A stretch of DNA of 64,000 nt from a virus: IMG/VR virus record IMGVR_UViG_3300048587_001155, positions 12,534 to 76,533 of that record; one strand, 5' to 3'. The notes below the pieces were generated by a model. That model was not told where the DNA came from, did no database searches, and saw only the letters and a list, made by a program, of their open reading frames with translations. Below are positions 10,263 to 18,431 of the stretch, in pieces. Position 1 is the first letter of the stretch; each line of letters begins with the position of its first letter. Position numbers and translations under genes: made by a program.

Positions 10263-11389
10263 CTAGTACCCCTTTTCGCCACATCCTCCACAAGTTACCT
10301 ACCGTTATCACTTGGGCCGGCATCTGCCCCTGGACGAACACCTACTGTTTCGGGTCGGGAACGGGTAGAGTCGGCGTCTCGCCCGGTAGCCGTCGGACGC
10401 TTGGGAAGAAGGAGGTGCACCCGACGAAGAATGTCGATGTCGCCACCGCCCCCGTCAACGGTATAGCCTTTCTCGGTCGATTCGCGGCCGTGTCATCTCG
10501 CCACGAAATCGTCATCCTCCCACGTAGCGATCTCTACAAGAGTCACTTCGGACAGGTGGTGCTCACTCACGACAACGGCGCGCACGGCGTAGTGGCCGTC
10601 AACGCTATTCAGGAATTCGTTGCGCCGATTGGCGCCGGCGGCTTGGTTTGCCTCACAACTCGCCGCAAGAGCCGACCGCGCGTTAGGATAGAGCGGACGC
10701 CGGAGCGCAGCCTGAACTTTTACAAGGTCACGGTCGTCAGAGAGTACGAACCGAGGGCTCTACTAGCCGCCGCCTGCCGTAAAGGCGGTATCGCGGCCTT
10801 CTGCCTCACGCAGGGACAGCCGCCGTCAGCGATCACTCGCCACGTCTTCGGGAAGGGCGACATCGTGGACATCGTTGCCGTTGGCGAACCGCAGGCCTCG
10901 CATGGTGTCATCGGACTCAGCAAGGACGGATCGCTGGTTTGGATTCCAGACGTGCTCGCCAGTGCCCCTCCACGCACTATTTCTCCTCGCATCTCCATCG
11001 ACACCGCATATTCCTTGCTATTGGTCAAAGGACATGGTTTAGTTCTGGCCGACAAGACCCTCTCGTGCTTGCCCTATCTGGTTGACGGTCTAGTTTCGGG
11101 GCGGGATTCGATCGACGGCTTTACCATTCCGTTCGAGGGCGACGAGTTGCTACCGGCGGCGGAGGGTTCGTTCTTCCTCCTCACTGACGAGGGGCCCAGA
11201 GAGTTCGAGATAGAGCAGTTTATCCAGGACGCTAATGCTCTGCACAACGCCGACGCTCGAGGACAGGTTCCACCGGAGCCTTACTCGGCAATTATCCGTG
11301 CTAATGTCAGCCAATACGGATACTTGCCAGCCGAGCTCGACTGGAACCGCGAGCCGGACGCCGCGTTCGACAAGGAGTTTGTCGGATGA
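10259..11389 (+). CDS. Hypothetical protein, predicted beta-rich (propeller-like)
   Basis: 376-aa ORF with short hydrophobic strands separated by Gly turns. Confidence 0.65.
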   Translation: MTSTPFRHILHKLPTVITWAGICPWTNTYCFGSGTGRVGVSPGSRRTLGKKEVHPTKNVDVATAPVNGIAFLGRFAAVSSRHEIVILPRSDLYKSHFGQVVLTHDNGAHGVVAVNAIQEFVAPIGAGGLVCLTTRRKSRPRVRIERTPERSLNFYKVTVVREYEPRALLAAACRKGGIAAFCLTQGQPPSAITRHVFGKGDIVDIVAVGEPQASHGVIGLSKDGSLVWIPDVLASAPPRTISPRISIDTAYSLLLVKGHGLVLADKTLSCLPYLVDGLVSGRDSIDGFTIPFEGDELLPAAEGSFFLLTDEGPREFEIEQFIQDANALHNADARGQVPPEPYSAIIRANVSQYGYLPAELDWNREPDAAFDKEFVG

Positions 11390-11422
11390 TCCTCGGCGTG
11401 TAGTCACTGGGTACCGTAGAAC

Positions 11423-11514
11423 GCCAAAGCATTCGCTGCAGCAATCGGCGGGGAGGGCTTTTGGGAGTTCAAAGTCTCCAAGGCGGCCGCCGCTGCTGAG
11501 CTTTTCTCATCGAC
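11423..11514 (+). other. Degenerate integron attC-like site
   Basis: CGCTGCAGCAATCGGCGG pairs with CCGCCGCTGCTGAGCT leaving extrahelical bases, about 35 nt after a stop codon; R boxes decayed. Confidence 0.65.
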
Positions 11515-11590
11515 GAAGGCCAGCCCTTGAAGAATCCAAACTGGTAACGGACCATCGGGATTCGGTGCTCGTGGCACCTCCTCTGTGTGG

Positions 11591-11629
11591 TCGACCCCGT
11601 GTTTGGTTGAGCACGGGGTCGATTTATTT
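11591..11629 (+). terminator. Rho-independent terminator
   Basis: 11-bp stem TCGACCCCGTG/CACGGGGTCGA followed by TTTATTT. Confidence 0.7.
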
Positions 11630-11635
11630 CCCCGT

Positions 11636-11660
11636 CTAAATTTAGCTCCGTCGCTAAACC
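11636..11660. repeat. 25-bp direct repeat, copy 2 (CTAAATTTAGCTCCGTCGCTAAACC)
   Basis: 23/25 identical to 9600-9624; contains the inverted repeat TTTAGC-N6-GCTAAA. Confidence 0.85.
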
Positions 11661-11795
11661 GTCCTAAATCCCGCGATCCCGGGAAATCGGGATTATCGTT
11701 TGCCGAGAAGACGGTAAACTCATGGACGTGAGACTTCTGCGAACCCCTGGATTTGGAAACGAGTCGAGGGGTTGCTCTTTTTCGAGGGCCAACCG

Positions 11796-12032
11796 ATGAT
11801 CAATCCCGACATCAGCATCGACGCTCTGCTGAAGGCGAAGGCAGAACTCGAGAAGATCGGCCCGATCCAACGCTACGTCGAAGTGACACCCAAGCAATAC
11901 GCCGCAATGAGAGAGATGATTCCAACGGTCGTCGTTCCTCGAGAATTCCCTTTCGGCTTGCGAGTCCGAATTATCGGCGATCCGGCCACCATGACATTTC
12001 TCGACCTCTTCATCTCCGATCCCAAAACTTAA
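11796..12032 (+). CDS. Small hypothetical protein
   Basis: GAGGG SD precedes ATG 11796; convergent with the next gene. Confidence 0.55.
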   Translation: MINPDISIDALLKAKAELEKIGPIQRYVEVTPKQYAAMREMIPTVVVPREFPFGLRVRIIGDPATMTFLDLFISDPKT

Positions 12033-12036
12033 CAAG

Positions 12037-12330
12037 CTAGGCCGCTGCGTATTTCTTCACGAAAATGTCGGGCTTGACCGGGTAAAACTCCCCGTTGACA
12101 CCCTTGACGATCCAATCGCCGTGTCGCGCGATCATCTCTCCTTCGAGAGTCGGAATCGTCAATTCGATGAACGGCCCTCCCTCGCCGCACGTGTCGGAGT
12201 AGGTTTCGACGTGACGACCGGGATTCTCCCCGGAGATGATGCTTCCGAGGAACTCACAGATCTCATCCCAATTGGTCCACCGAAGTTGAACCGCTTCAAT
12301 GACCACAGGCAGCGATCGGTAAAGACCCAT
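12037..12330 (-). CDS. Conserved small phage protein (PGDYG-like)
   Basis: YRSLPVVIEAVQ ... IPTLEG.M.A..GDWIVKGVNGEFYPVKPDIF.KKY, a common phage family signature. Confidence 0.85.
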   Translation of the reverse strand: MGLYRSLPVVIEAVQLRWTNWDEICEFLGSIISGENPGRHVETYSDTCGEGGPFIELTIPTLEGEMIARHGDWIVKGVNGEFYPVKPDIFVKKYAAA

Positions 12331-12471
12331 TTCCATGTTCCTTCCGAATCGTGACAAACCTTTCCACCAGCCCGGTATCTAAACCGCCGACCGCCCCGAG
12401 TTCAAATTTCGTCCCTTGTCCGAATTGACCGCCACCGCCAGTGCAGCGATTGAACTCACCTCCATCTCCGA

Positions 12472-12535
12472 CCCTAATCCGGTAAGCTCCTCCCTAACCC
12501 GGTAAGCTAATCCGGTAACCTCACCCCCTAATCCG
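12472..12535. repeat. Four imperfect direct repeats, CCCTAAYCCGGTAAGCT
   Basis: Copies at 12472, 12492, 12507 (partial) and 12526 (partial) in a roughly 0.9-kb gene-poor region. Confidence 0.75.
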
Positions 12536-13284
12536 ACATGCTTTGACCGAAACAGAAAAAGCGATTCCCAAACCACTGTACACCCACCCCGTATACGCCC
12601 TTTACAGCCCTTCAAACGTCCACCGGACATACAGACAGGTTAATTACCCTCGAAATGGCAGAGCAGGTCAGCCAGACACCAAGACGGGCATCCCAAGTAA
12701 GGTTTTCCGGGGCAGCTTTTCAGGGCAAAAATTGGGGAGAGGGCCCCTAGAAATGGGCGGGAGGGCGTGGGGCCAACGGGGTATGCGGGTTTCGCTCCTG
12801 ATCACATCGCGTAACATCTATCACACAATGCACGAATAGATAAGCACTTGCGTCATATCATTCGTTGCCGATCCTGCGCCCACATAGTGAAGCACGTATG
12901 CCGTTGGGGGTGTTTCTATCCTTATGATCGAAAGAATCGCCCCTCTTCATCCCTTTTCACCATGTTCACTACTCATGTTCAGTATTGCTCAAGCCGTTGG
13001 ATATTGGTTGCAAGTCTGTCGCAAATGCTTTGAAGATCAGGGGGAAAGTGATTCGCAGATTGGCGGTAAGATCGTCCGAAAGTGTTTCGAGAATGGCTCG
13101 AAGATTGGTTGCAAGTGGCCTGTAGATGTTCTGTGAATGCTTGATTGATTTACCGATACCCGACCGTTCCCGGTCGGAAGCCTCGCCCCTTGGGCGTGTC
13201 TTCTCTCGGCATAGGGAGTCTTCTCCCATAGCGACGGGCCGGGCGAGGAATTGACGATCGGCTAGGATTCGGCAAGATGCGGAG

Positions 13285-13725
13285 ATGACGACTCAACTCG
13301 AAAGCTTCGACGATCAACTAAGGGAACGAGTCCGCGCCAAGCTGGATCCCGATTCCTTCTCCCTCAATGAACTGGCCAGGCAATCGGGAATCAATGTCGG
13401 TACGCTTTCCCGATGGCTCAACATTCCGTCGCGGTCTATTCGGCTCGATCATGCGGAACAGCTGGCCCGCGTTCTTCGTTGTGATCTATGCGTCTCGGAG
13501 GGAAAGAGGGCGAGCCGTTACCATCCGGGCCGATCGTTAAGCATGTCTGATCAACTCCGCGGATTCATCGAGGAGAGGGGCAAAACGGAATTGGCGCGAT
13601 CGTCTGGCGTTCCTTTGAGCACAATCACGACGTGGCTAGCTAACAAAGATTCCAGAATTTCTTGCCGCGTTGCTTTCAAGCTTTGCGCCGTTCTGCAAAA
13701 GGACTTACTCGCAGCACGTGAGTAA
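13285..13725 (+). CDS. Tandem XRE/Cro-type HTH regulator
   Basis: Two repeats, DQLR...ELARQSGINVGTLSRWL and DQLR...ELARSSGVPLSTITTWL; TTGACG lies upstream at 13251. Confidence 0.85.
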   Translation: MTTQLESFDDQLRERVRAKLDPDSFSLNELARQSGINVGTLSRWLNIPSRSIRLDHAEQLARVLRCDLCVSEGKRASRYHPGRSLSMSDQLRGFIEERGKTELARSSGVPLSTITTWLANKDSRISCRVAFKLCAVLQKDLLAARE

Positions 13726-13763
13726 TCTCCTGAAAGTCTTTTGAAAATCTTTCGAAAATTGTT

Positions 13764-13778
13764 GCAACGATTCGTTGC
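13764..13778. promoter_or_regulatory. Candidate operator palindrome GCAACGA-T-TCGTTGC
   Basis: Perfect 7-bp inverted repeat between the HTH gene and the early operon. Confidence 0.45.
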
Positions 13779-13949
13779 GCTTGCCGTATTGTATCTCTGT
13801 CGAGAGCGACGGGACGTAAGACGAACACGGTTCGCGGTCCTCTGACGGCAATCATAAGACCGCCAGTAGCTCAGAAACGACGAAGCGCATCGGACGCTCT
13901 TGTTCCGATCAGCTGGCACGGCTGTGAATGTGTCGAGAGATTCAATCCC

Positions 13950-14591
13950 ATGCTACATGAACGTTACCGGCCCGCGACGTGGGAAGACTTCGCAGGCCAT
14001 GAAAAAGCCGTCAAGATCGTCCGGCGCGTGATCGATCGGCCCGGCTATGCTGGCGGGGCATTCTGGATCGATGGCCCGTCCGGTGTAGGCAAAACATCCC
14101 TTGCTTGGCTCATTAGTCGCACGTTGACCGCAGGCGATGATTACAACATTGAGGAAATCGACGGGGACGGTTGCTCCGTCGATCGCGTGCGTGAGTTATC
14201 CGAAACGCTACGCTACCGATCGTTGACCGGCGGTTTCCGTTGCGTGATCGTCAACGAAGCGCATGCCATGACAGCGCGAGCCGTGCAAGCTTGGCTAACT
14301 CTGCTCGAGCGCCTCCCGTCTCAAGTCGTCGTGATCTTCACCACAACGCAAGGGCGTGAGGAATCGTTATTCGGTGATTTCGATGCGCCTCTCAAGTCGC
14401 GGTGCCTATGCGTGAGCCTCACGACGTACGGCATTGCTGATGCTTTCGCAGCGCGAGCGATGGACATAGCCAAGCGTGAAGGCTTGGACGGTCAACCGAT
14501 CGCGAAGTATAAGCGACTCGTCGCGGACTGCCGGAATAACCTTCGAGCCGTTCTAGGTGAGATTGAACTCGGCGTGATGATTACGGACTGA
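13950..14591 (+). CDS. Clamp-loader-family AAA+ ATPase (DnaX/RFC-like, short)
   Basis: ERYRP..WEDFAG, Walker A GPSGVGKT, variant Walker B VIVNEAH, SRC motif. Confidence 0.88.
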   Translation: MLHERYRPATWEDFAGHEKAVKIVRRVIDRPGYAGGAFWIDGPSGVGKTSLAWLISRTLTAGDDYNIEEIDGDGCSVDRVRELSETLRYRSLTGGFRCVIVNEAHAMTARAVQAWLTLLERLPSQVVVIFTTTQGREESLFGDFDAPLKSRCLCVSLTTYGIADAFAARAMDIAKREGLDGQPIAKYKRLVADCRNNLRAVLGEIELGVMITD

Positions 14592-14711
14592 CAACAGCGA
14601 CCGCGCCCCGTTCGCGGGGCGTGCTGCTCTTGCCATTCGGTAAGTGACGTTCCAGGGCGTCCTAGTCCTTGGACAGCGTGCGGCGCTGTGAGCCCGCGTG
14701 GGGTTCGATCC

Positions 14712-15590
14712 ATGCAATACACTGAGCGAGCGCGTGAATCTGCGGAGGCGATTGTTGAACAGTTCAAGAATCCCGCGAATCTACCAAAGGCCTTGGCGTC
14801 GATTTGGCTCGACATTTCGGACGATCGGCCCTGCGCCAAGTGGTCCTGGAATAACCGGTTTTTGGTCGCGTTGTTCGGCGGAGGAGATGCGCGAGGCTTT
14901 CGCCAGTGGCAGGAAGTAGGGCGCAGCGTGAAGAAGGGGGCGAAGAGTTTCGCCATACTTGCACCGAAAAAACGGATGATTTCCGTCAAAAATCCGGAGA
15001 CTGGCGAAGAGGAAAAGCGGGCCATCGTTACCGGGTTTACTCACGTTTCCGTCTTCTCGATCGACAACACCGAAGGCGAGCCGTTGCCGGTCAATGAAGA
15101 GCACAAGGCCTTTGTGCAATCGTTGCCGTTGCGTGAAGTCGCGGCATCGTGGGGACTCGACGTCGAATTGGTGAACGGGAAAGGGAGATTTCAAGGCTAC
15201 TACTCGTCGAGTCATTCCGTGATTGCCCTTTCGGTATCGAATCTTTCCACGTGGGCCCATGAGCTAATGCACGCGGCAGACGATCGGCGCGGCGCTCTTC
15301 AGAAGGAAGGGCGTGAAACACTCTCGTACATGGAAGGCGAAATCGTTGCCGAGTTAGGCGCGTCAGTTCTGCTGTCGATCCTTGGTCAATCTGTTGATGC
15401 CGATCTCGGAGGCGCTTGGCGCTACATCACGGCTTACTGTGAGAAGCACAAGCGTGAGCCGATCAGCGCTTGCTCGATGTTGCTTGATCGTATCTGCGGG
15501 GGAGTCGACTTGATCTTGCGGACCGCTGCGGAACTCGCGAGCACTCCGACGGAGGCTAACAACCAACAATTCGAGCGAATCGCGGTTTAA
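14712..15590 (+). CDS. ardC: ArdC-like antirestriction / ssDNA-binding protein with zincin-like domain
   Basis: WSWNN, GFRQWQEVGRSVKKGAK, VF...TEG; HELMH; E.VAELGA, YI..Y. Confidence 0.8.
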   Translation: MQYTERARESAEAIVEQFKNPANLPKALASIWLDISDDRPCAKWSWNNRFLVALFGGGDARGFRQWQEVGRSVKKGAKSFAILAPKKRMISVKNPETGEEEKRAIVTGFTHVSVFSIDNTEGEPLPVNEEHKAFVQSLPLREVAASWGLDVELVNGKGRFQGYYSSSHSVIALSVSNLSTWAHELMHAADDRRGALQKEGRETLSYMEGEIVAELGASVLLSILGQSVDADLGGAWRYITAYCEKHKREPISACSMLLDRICGGVDLILRTAAELASTPTEANNQQFERIAV

Positions 15591-15668
15591 CTGACTGGCA
15601 GGGCTCAACCGGCCCTCTCATGAAGCGGGCCGGCTAGCCTTGGCAGTTGGTTTATCCGGAGGAATGAA

Positions 15669-16004
15669 ATGTCTTGGCTCATACAGCGTGACAGATGGAG
15701 TGAATACGACGAGGGACTTCATGACGTGTTCACCTTCTTCGGTGATCGTCTCGAAGTCACTTGCCATGCTCGGGGTGTTTCGTGTTGGTCGATCGACATC
15801 GGCACGAATGGGGAAGTCAACATTTTTTCGCTGAAGGGACGGCACACGTTCTACCGTGACACGCGGCTGAACAGAGCATGGCGGTTCTATCTTGCTCTGA
15901 GGCTTGGCAAACCGCTCATCACGTTCCGATTCGGGGAGGCGCGGAAACGTTATCAGCTGAATTCGGAAGCGTACGGCTTTAGGCCAATCGTCTCAAAGTC
16001 ATGA
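15669..16004 (+). CDS. Hypothetical protein
   Basis: SD GGAGG precedes ATG; 111 aa. Confidence 0.6.
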   Translation: MSWLIQRDRWSEYDEGLHDVFTFFGDRLEVTCHARGVSCWSIDIGTNGEVNIFSLKGRHTFYRDTRLNRAWRFYLALRLGKPLITFRFGEARKRYQLNSEAYGFRPIVSKS

Positions 16005-16017
16005 AAGGTGGCGTGAA

Positions 16018-16269
16018 TTGAATCACACAATCGGCCTGACCGGAAAGCAAATCTGCCGACTGATGCGCAAGCACCATGTCACGATCAAAGCACTATCGAA
16101 GCGGATGGGTATCACGATGAAACGCATCCGCCATGTCCGTACCAATGGACTCACCGATTCGCCCAATCCCTACCACTACTCATGGAACTGGATCGAAGCA
16201 ATCACCGGAAAGAATCCGGGCCCACATTGGTGGTATGCGATTGAGTCTGACATCAAGGGCATCAAATGA
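16018..16269 (+). CDS. Small HTH-like protein
   Basis: LTGKQICRLMRKHHVTIKALSKRMGITMKRIRHVR helix-turn-helix pattern. Confidence 0.65.
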   Translation: MNHTIGLTGKQICRLMRKHHVTIKALSKRMGITMKRIRHVRTNGLTDSPNPYHYSWNWIEAITGKNPGPHWWYAIESDIKGIK

Positions 16270-16327
16270 CCTGGATGCCAAATGACTGTGACACTTACCA
16301 ATGAAGAGAAAGCGTGAGGTAATCCAC

Positions 16328-17596
16328 ATGGCGAAACCCCGTCGGGGGCGTGAGAAATCATCGCCCCTTCCGGCACGTCCGAAGGTCTACGGTTACGCGC
16401 GAGTGAGCACGTTCCGTCAGACGGGTCGACAATCGATCGATACCCAGCGTGAGCAGCTCAAGCTATTGGCAGAGCGAAACGGCTTGGGGCCGATCGATCA
16501 GATCTTCATCGATGAGGAAGCAAGCGGAGGAACGCCGATCGTCCAACGGCCGGCGGGGCGTGATCTTTGCTTCCTAGTCTCTCCCGAAGATGTTGTGCTG
16601 CTCACCGATCTTGACCGCGCGTTTCGTTCTACGTCGGACGCGCTCGAGACGTTATTGCGTTGGCATGCCGTCGGGATCCGCGTGATCATCCAATCCCTCG
16701 AGGGTTGGGGAACGCTCGACATCAGTACGCCGATCGGGGAGTTCTTTCTCACCGTTCTTGTAGCCGTGAAGAAGCTGGAACGAAATCAGCGCGTGGCCTT
16801 CGTGCAGCAATGCTCGCGCGATGCCATGCTCAAGGCCGAAGCCGAGGGATGGGATTGCACGAGTCGGCGGTACGCTCCTGTGGGCTTCGACTGGGCTTAC
16901 CTCGGATCGGACCGCGGGAAGACTCGTCTGGTTCCGAATGAGGACGATCTTGAAAGCATGTCGATCATTGGTGTGCTGCGAGCTCAGGGAAGGGCGTACG
17001 ACCAAATACGTGATGAGATCCTTCCCCAAATCGGGCGTGAGAAGAGACTTCGCGCTATCCGCCGACAGATCGGCAACAAAAGCATGAATCATCGGCGGTA
17101 TGAGATCAGACGTCATCAGAACGTGTGGCAATGGCACGCGATGGAAAAGGCCTGCGTGTGGTGTGAATCGCACCGTCAGGAACAGGAAGAACTGGCAACT
17201 AGGGTTGCATCAAATCACCCGGAATGGGCAAATCGTTGGGGGCTTGGGAACTATGTTCAAGGATTGGCGACGGAGACGAACGGCAACGATGGAAACGGAT
17301 TCGCAGGAACCGCGCCGCCACATGTTGAAGCGATCGGGGAAGGGGAACCCTCCGCTCGTTTTCCAGGGGATCTTGATTGCCGAAGTGACGGGCCCGAACT
17401 ACTCGGACGCGAAACGCTGGCACGATCTGCGCCTCTACCGAACGGTGAATCAACGGTATGTGGTGGAGATTGTGTTGGTGAAGGCAATTGCGGGCCAAAA
17501 GAGCCATCACTCGGCCGTGATGGTCGAGGATCTGACGGAGGCGAGGGAAGCCTTTTATTCTCACGATCCAATGCAAGGGATCGATTTCCCCAATAA
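16328..17596 (+). CDS. Serine recombinase (resolvase/invertase family)
   Basis: VYGYARVST, Q...L, DEEASG...RP, DLDRAFR, G.F...V......ER; C-terminal tail overlaps the next gene. Confidence 0.88.
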   Translation: MAKPRRGREKSSPLPARPKVYGYARVSTFRQTGRQSIDTQREQLKLLAERNGLGPIDQIFIDEEASGGTPIVQRPAGRDLCFLVSPEDVVLLTDLDRAFRSTSDALETLLRWHAVGIRVIIQSLEGWGTLDISTPIGEFFLTVLVAVKKLERNQRVAFVQQCSRDAMLKAEAEGWDCTSRRYAPVGFDWAYLGSDRGKTRLVPNEDDLESMSIIGVLRAQGRAYDQIRDEILPQIGREKRLRAIRRQIGNKSMNHRRYEIRRHQNVWQWHAMEKACVWCESHRQEQEELATRVASNHPEWANRWGLGNYVQGLATETNGNDGNGFAGTAPPHVEAIGEGEPSARFPGDLDCRSDGPELLGRETLARSAPLPNGESTVCGGDCVGEGNCGPKEPSLGRDGRGSDGGEGSLLFSRSNARDRFPQ

Positions 17597-17696
17597 GCCT
17601 AGCTTTGAGCAACGTTCGAAGAAGCTTGCCGAAGCTTTGGGCCCGGTTTATCGTGAACGTGTCGATATGTTGTTCAAGTCGATTATTTCCTCGTAG
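17289..17696 (+). CDS. Hypothetical phage protein
   Basis: PLVFQG.LIAE...RWHDLRLYRT...YVV looks globular; start uncertain; overlaps the resolvase tail. Confidence 0.6.
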   Translation: METDSQEPRRHMLKRSGKGNPPLVFQGILIAEVTGPNYSDAKRWHDLRLYRTVNQRYVVEIVLVKAIAGQKSHHSAVMVEDLTEAREAFYSHDPMQGIDFPNKPSFEQRSKKLAEALGPVYRERVDMLFKSIISS

Positions 17697-17706
17697 GAGT
17701 TAACTC

Positions 17707-17931
17707 ATGTCCGATAAAGATTTCGTCAAATCGATCTACCCAAAGGCTGAGGCCCATCAAACTAAAGAAACCAAAGAGATCGGTCGAAGAGAAGCCAAGT
17801 GGCCTGAGCATTGGGATATTTTCGATGGCCAAAGACATCACGGGCAACAGCCGCTAGGAACAGGCACCACCGAAGCGGCCGCGTGGAAAGATGCTGCTGA
17901 CAAGATCCGCGCGACACAGCCGCGTCAATAA
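17707..17931 (+). CDS. Small hypothetical protein
   Basis: SD AGGAG; last gene of the + block. Confidence 0.65.
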   Translation: MSDKDFVKSIYPKAEAHQTKETKEIGRREAKWPEHWDIFDGQRHHGQQPLGTGTTEAAAWKDAADKIRATQPRQ

Positions 17932-18431
17932 CCCATCCCTGGAAGCATTCCCGGCCGTTGCTGCCCCATCATCCCTGGGGGCAGCATATTCCCCATTCCT
18001 GGCGGCATCATCGGCAACTGGATCCCGGGCGGCAGCTGCTGGCCAAAGGGAGATGTCGGCATGTCCATCTGCGGCGGAGCAGGCAGTTGTGATCCACCCC
18101 GCGCGATCCGTTCCGCGAGGGGATTTCTCCCCTGCATGGCGAGTGGTTGCATTCCCGTCGCGAGGAGCTGCTTGATCGAATCCGTGGGAGAGGATGGTTG
18201 CGCGCCGGGACCGAATCCCATTCCAGCGACCAGCGATTGCGGATTATTCGCCGCACCCGTCAGTCGATCGACAAGAGGATTCCCCGTGGGAGCCATCGGG
18301 TCAGGCGACCAACCCGACTTCACAGGAATCGGCGATTCCACGTAATCCGGCGTCTCACCACAACCACAGTTGTCGCTCATCGGTCCGCTTAAGGGACCGC
18401 CACTCGTCATTCCTGGACTCGGCTGCATCAT
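17925..18431 (-). CDS. Pro/Gly/Met/Gln-rich low-complexity protein
   Basis: ATGA-coupled to the 1176-aa gene; last gene of the late operon. Confidence 0.65.
   Translation of the reverse strand: MMQPSPGMTSGGPLSGPMSDNCGCGETPDYVESPIPVKSGWSPDPMAPTGNPLVDRLTGAANNPQSLVAGMGFGPGAQPSSPTDSIKQLLATGMQPLAMQGRNPLAERIARGGSQLPAPPQMDMPTSPFGQQLPPGIQLPMMPPGMGNMLPPGMMGQQRPGMLPGMGY

Noticed and set aside
12472-12535. Possible CRISPR array
   Set aside because: Repeats are at most 17 bp, nearly adjacent, with no spacers and no cas genes
13830-13890. Hammerhead-like motif (CTGACGG...GAAAC)
   Set aside because: Core deviates from CUGANGA and the three stems could not be built
14640-14711. tRNA-like GGGTTCGATCC with upstream stems
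   Set aside because: No acceptor stem, D-arm or CCA geometry; it runs straight into the ardC start codon
13285-17931. Invertible segment driven by the serine recombinase
   Set aside because: No flanking inverted repeats found by eye
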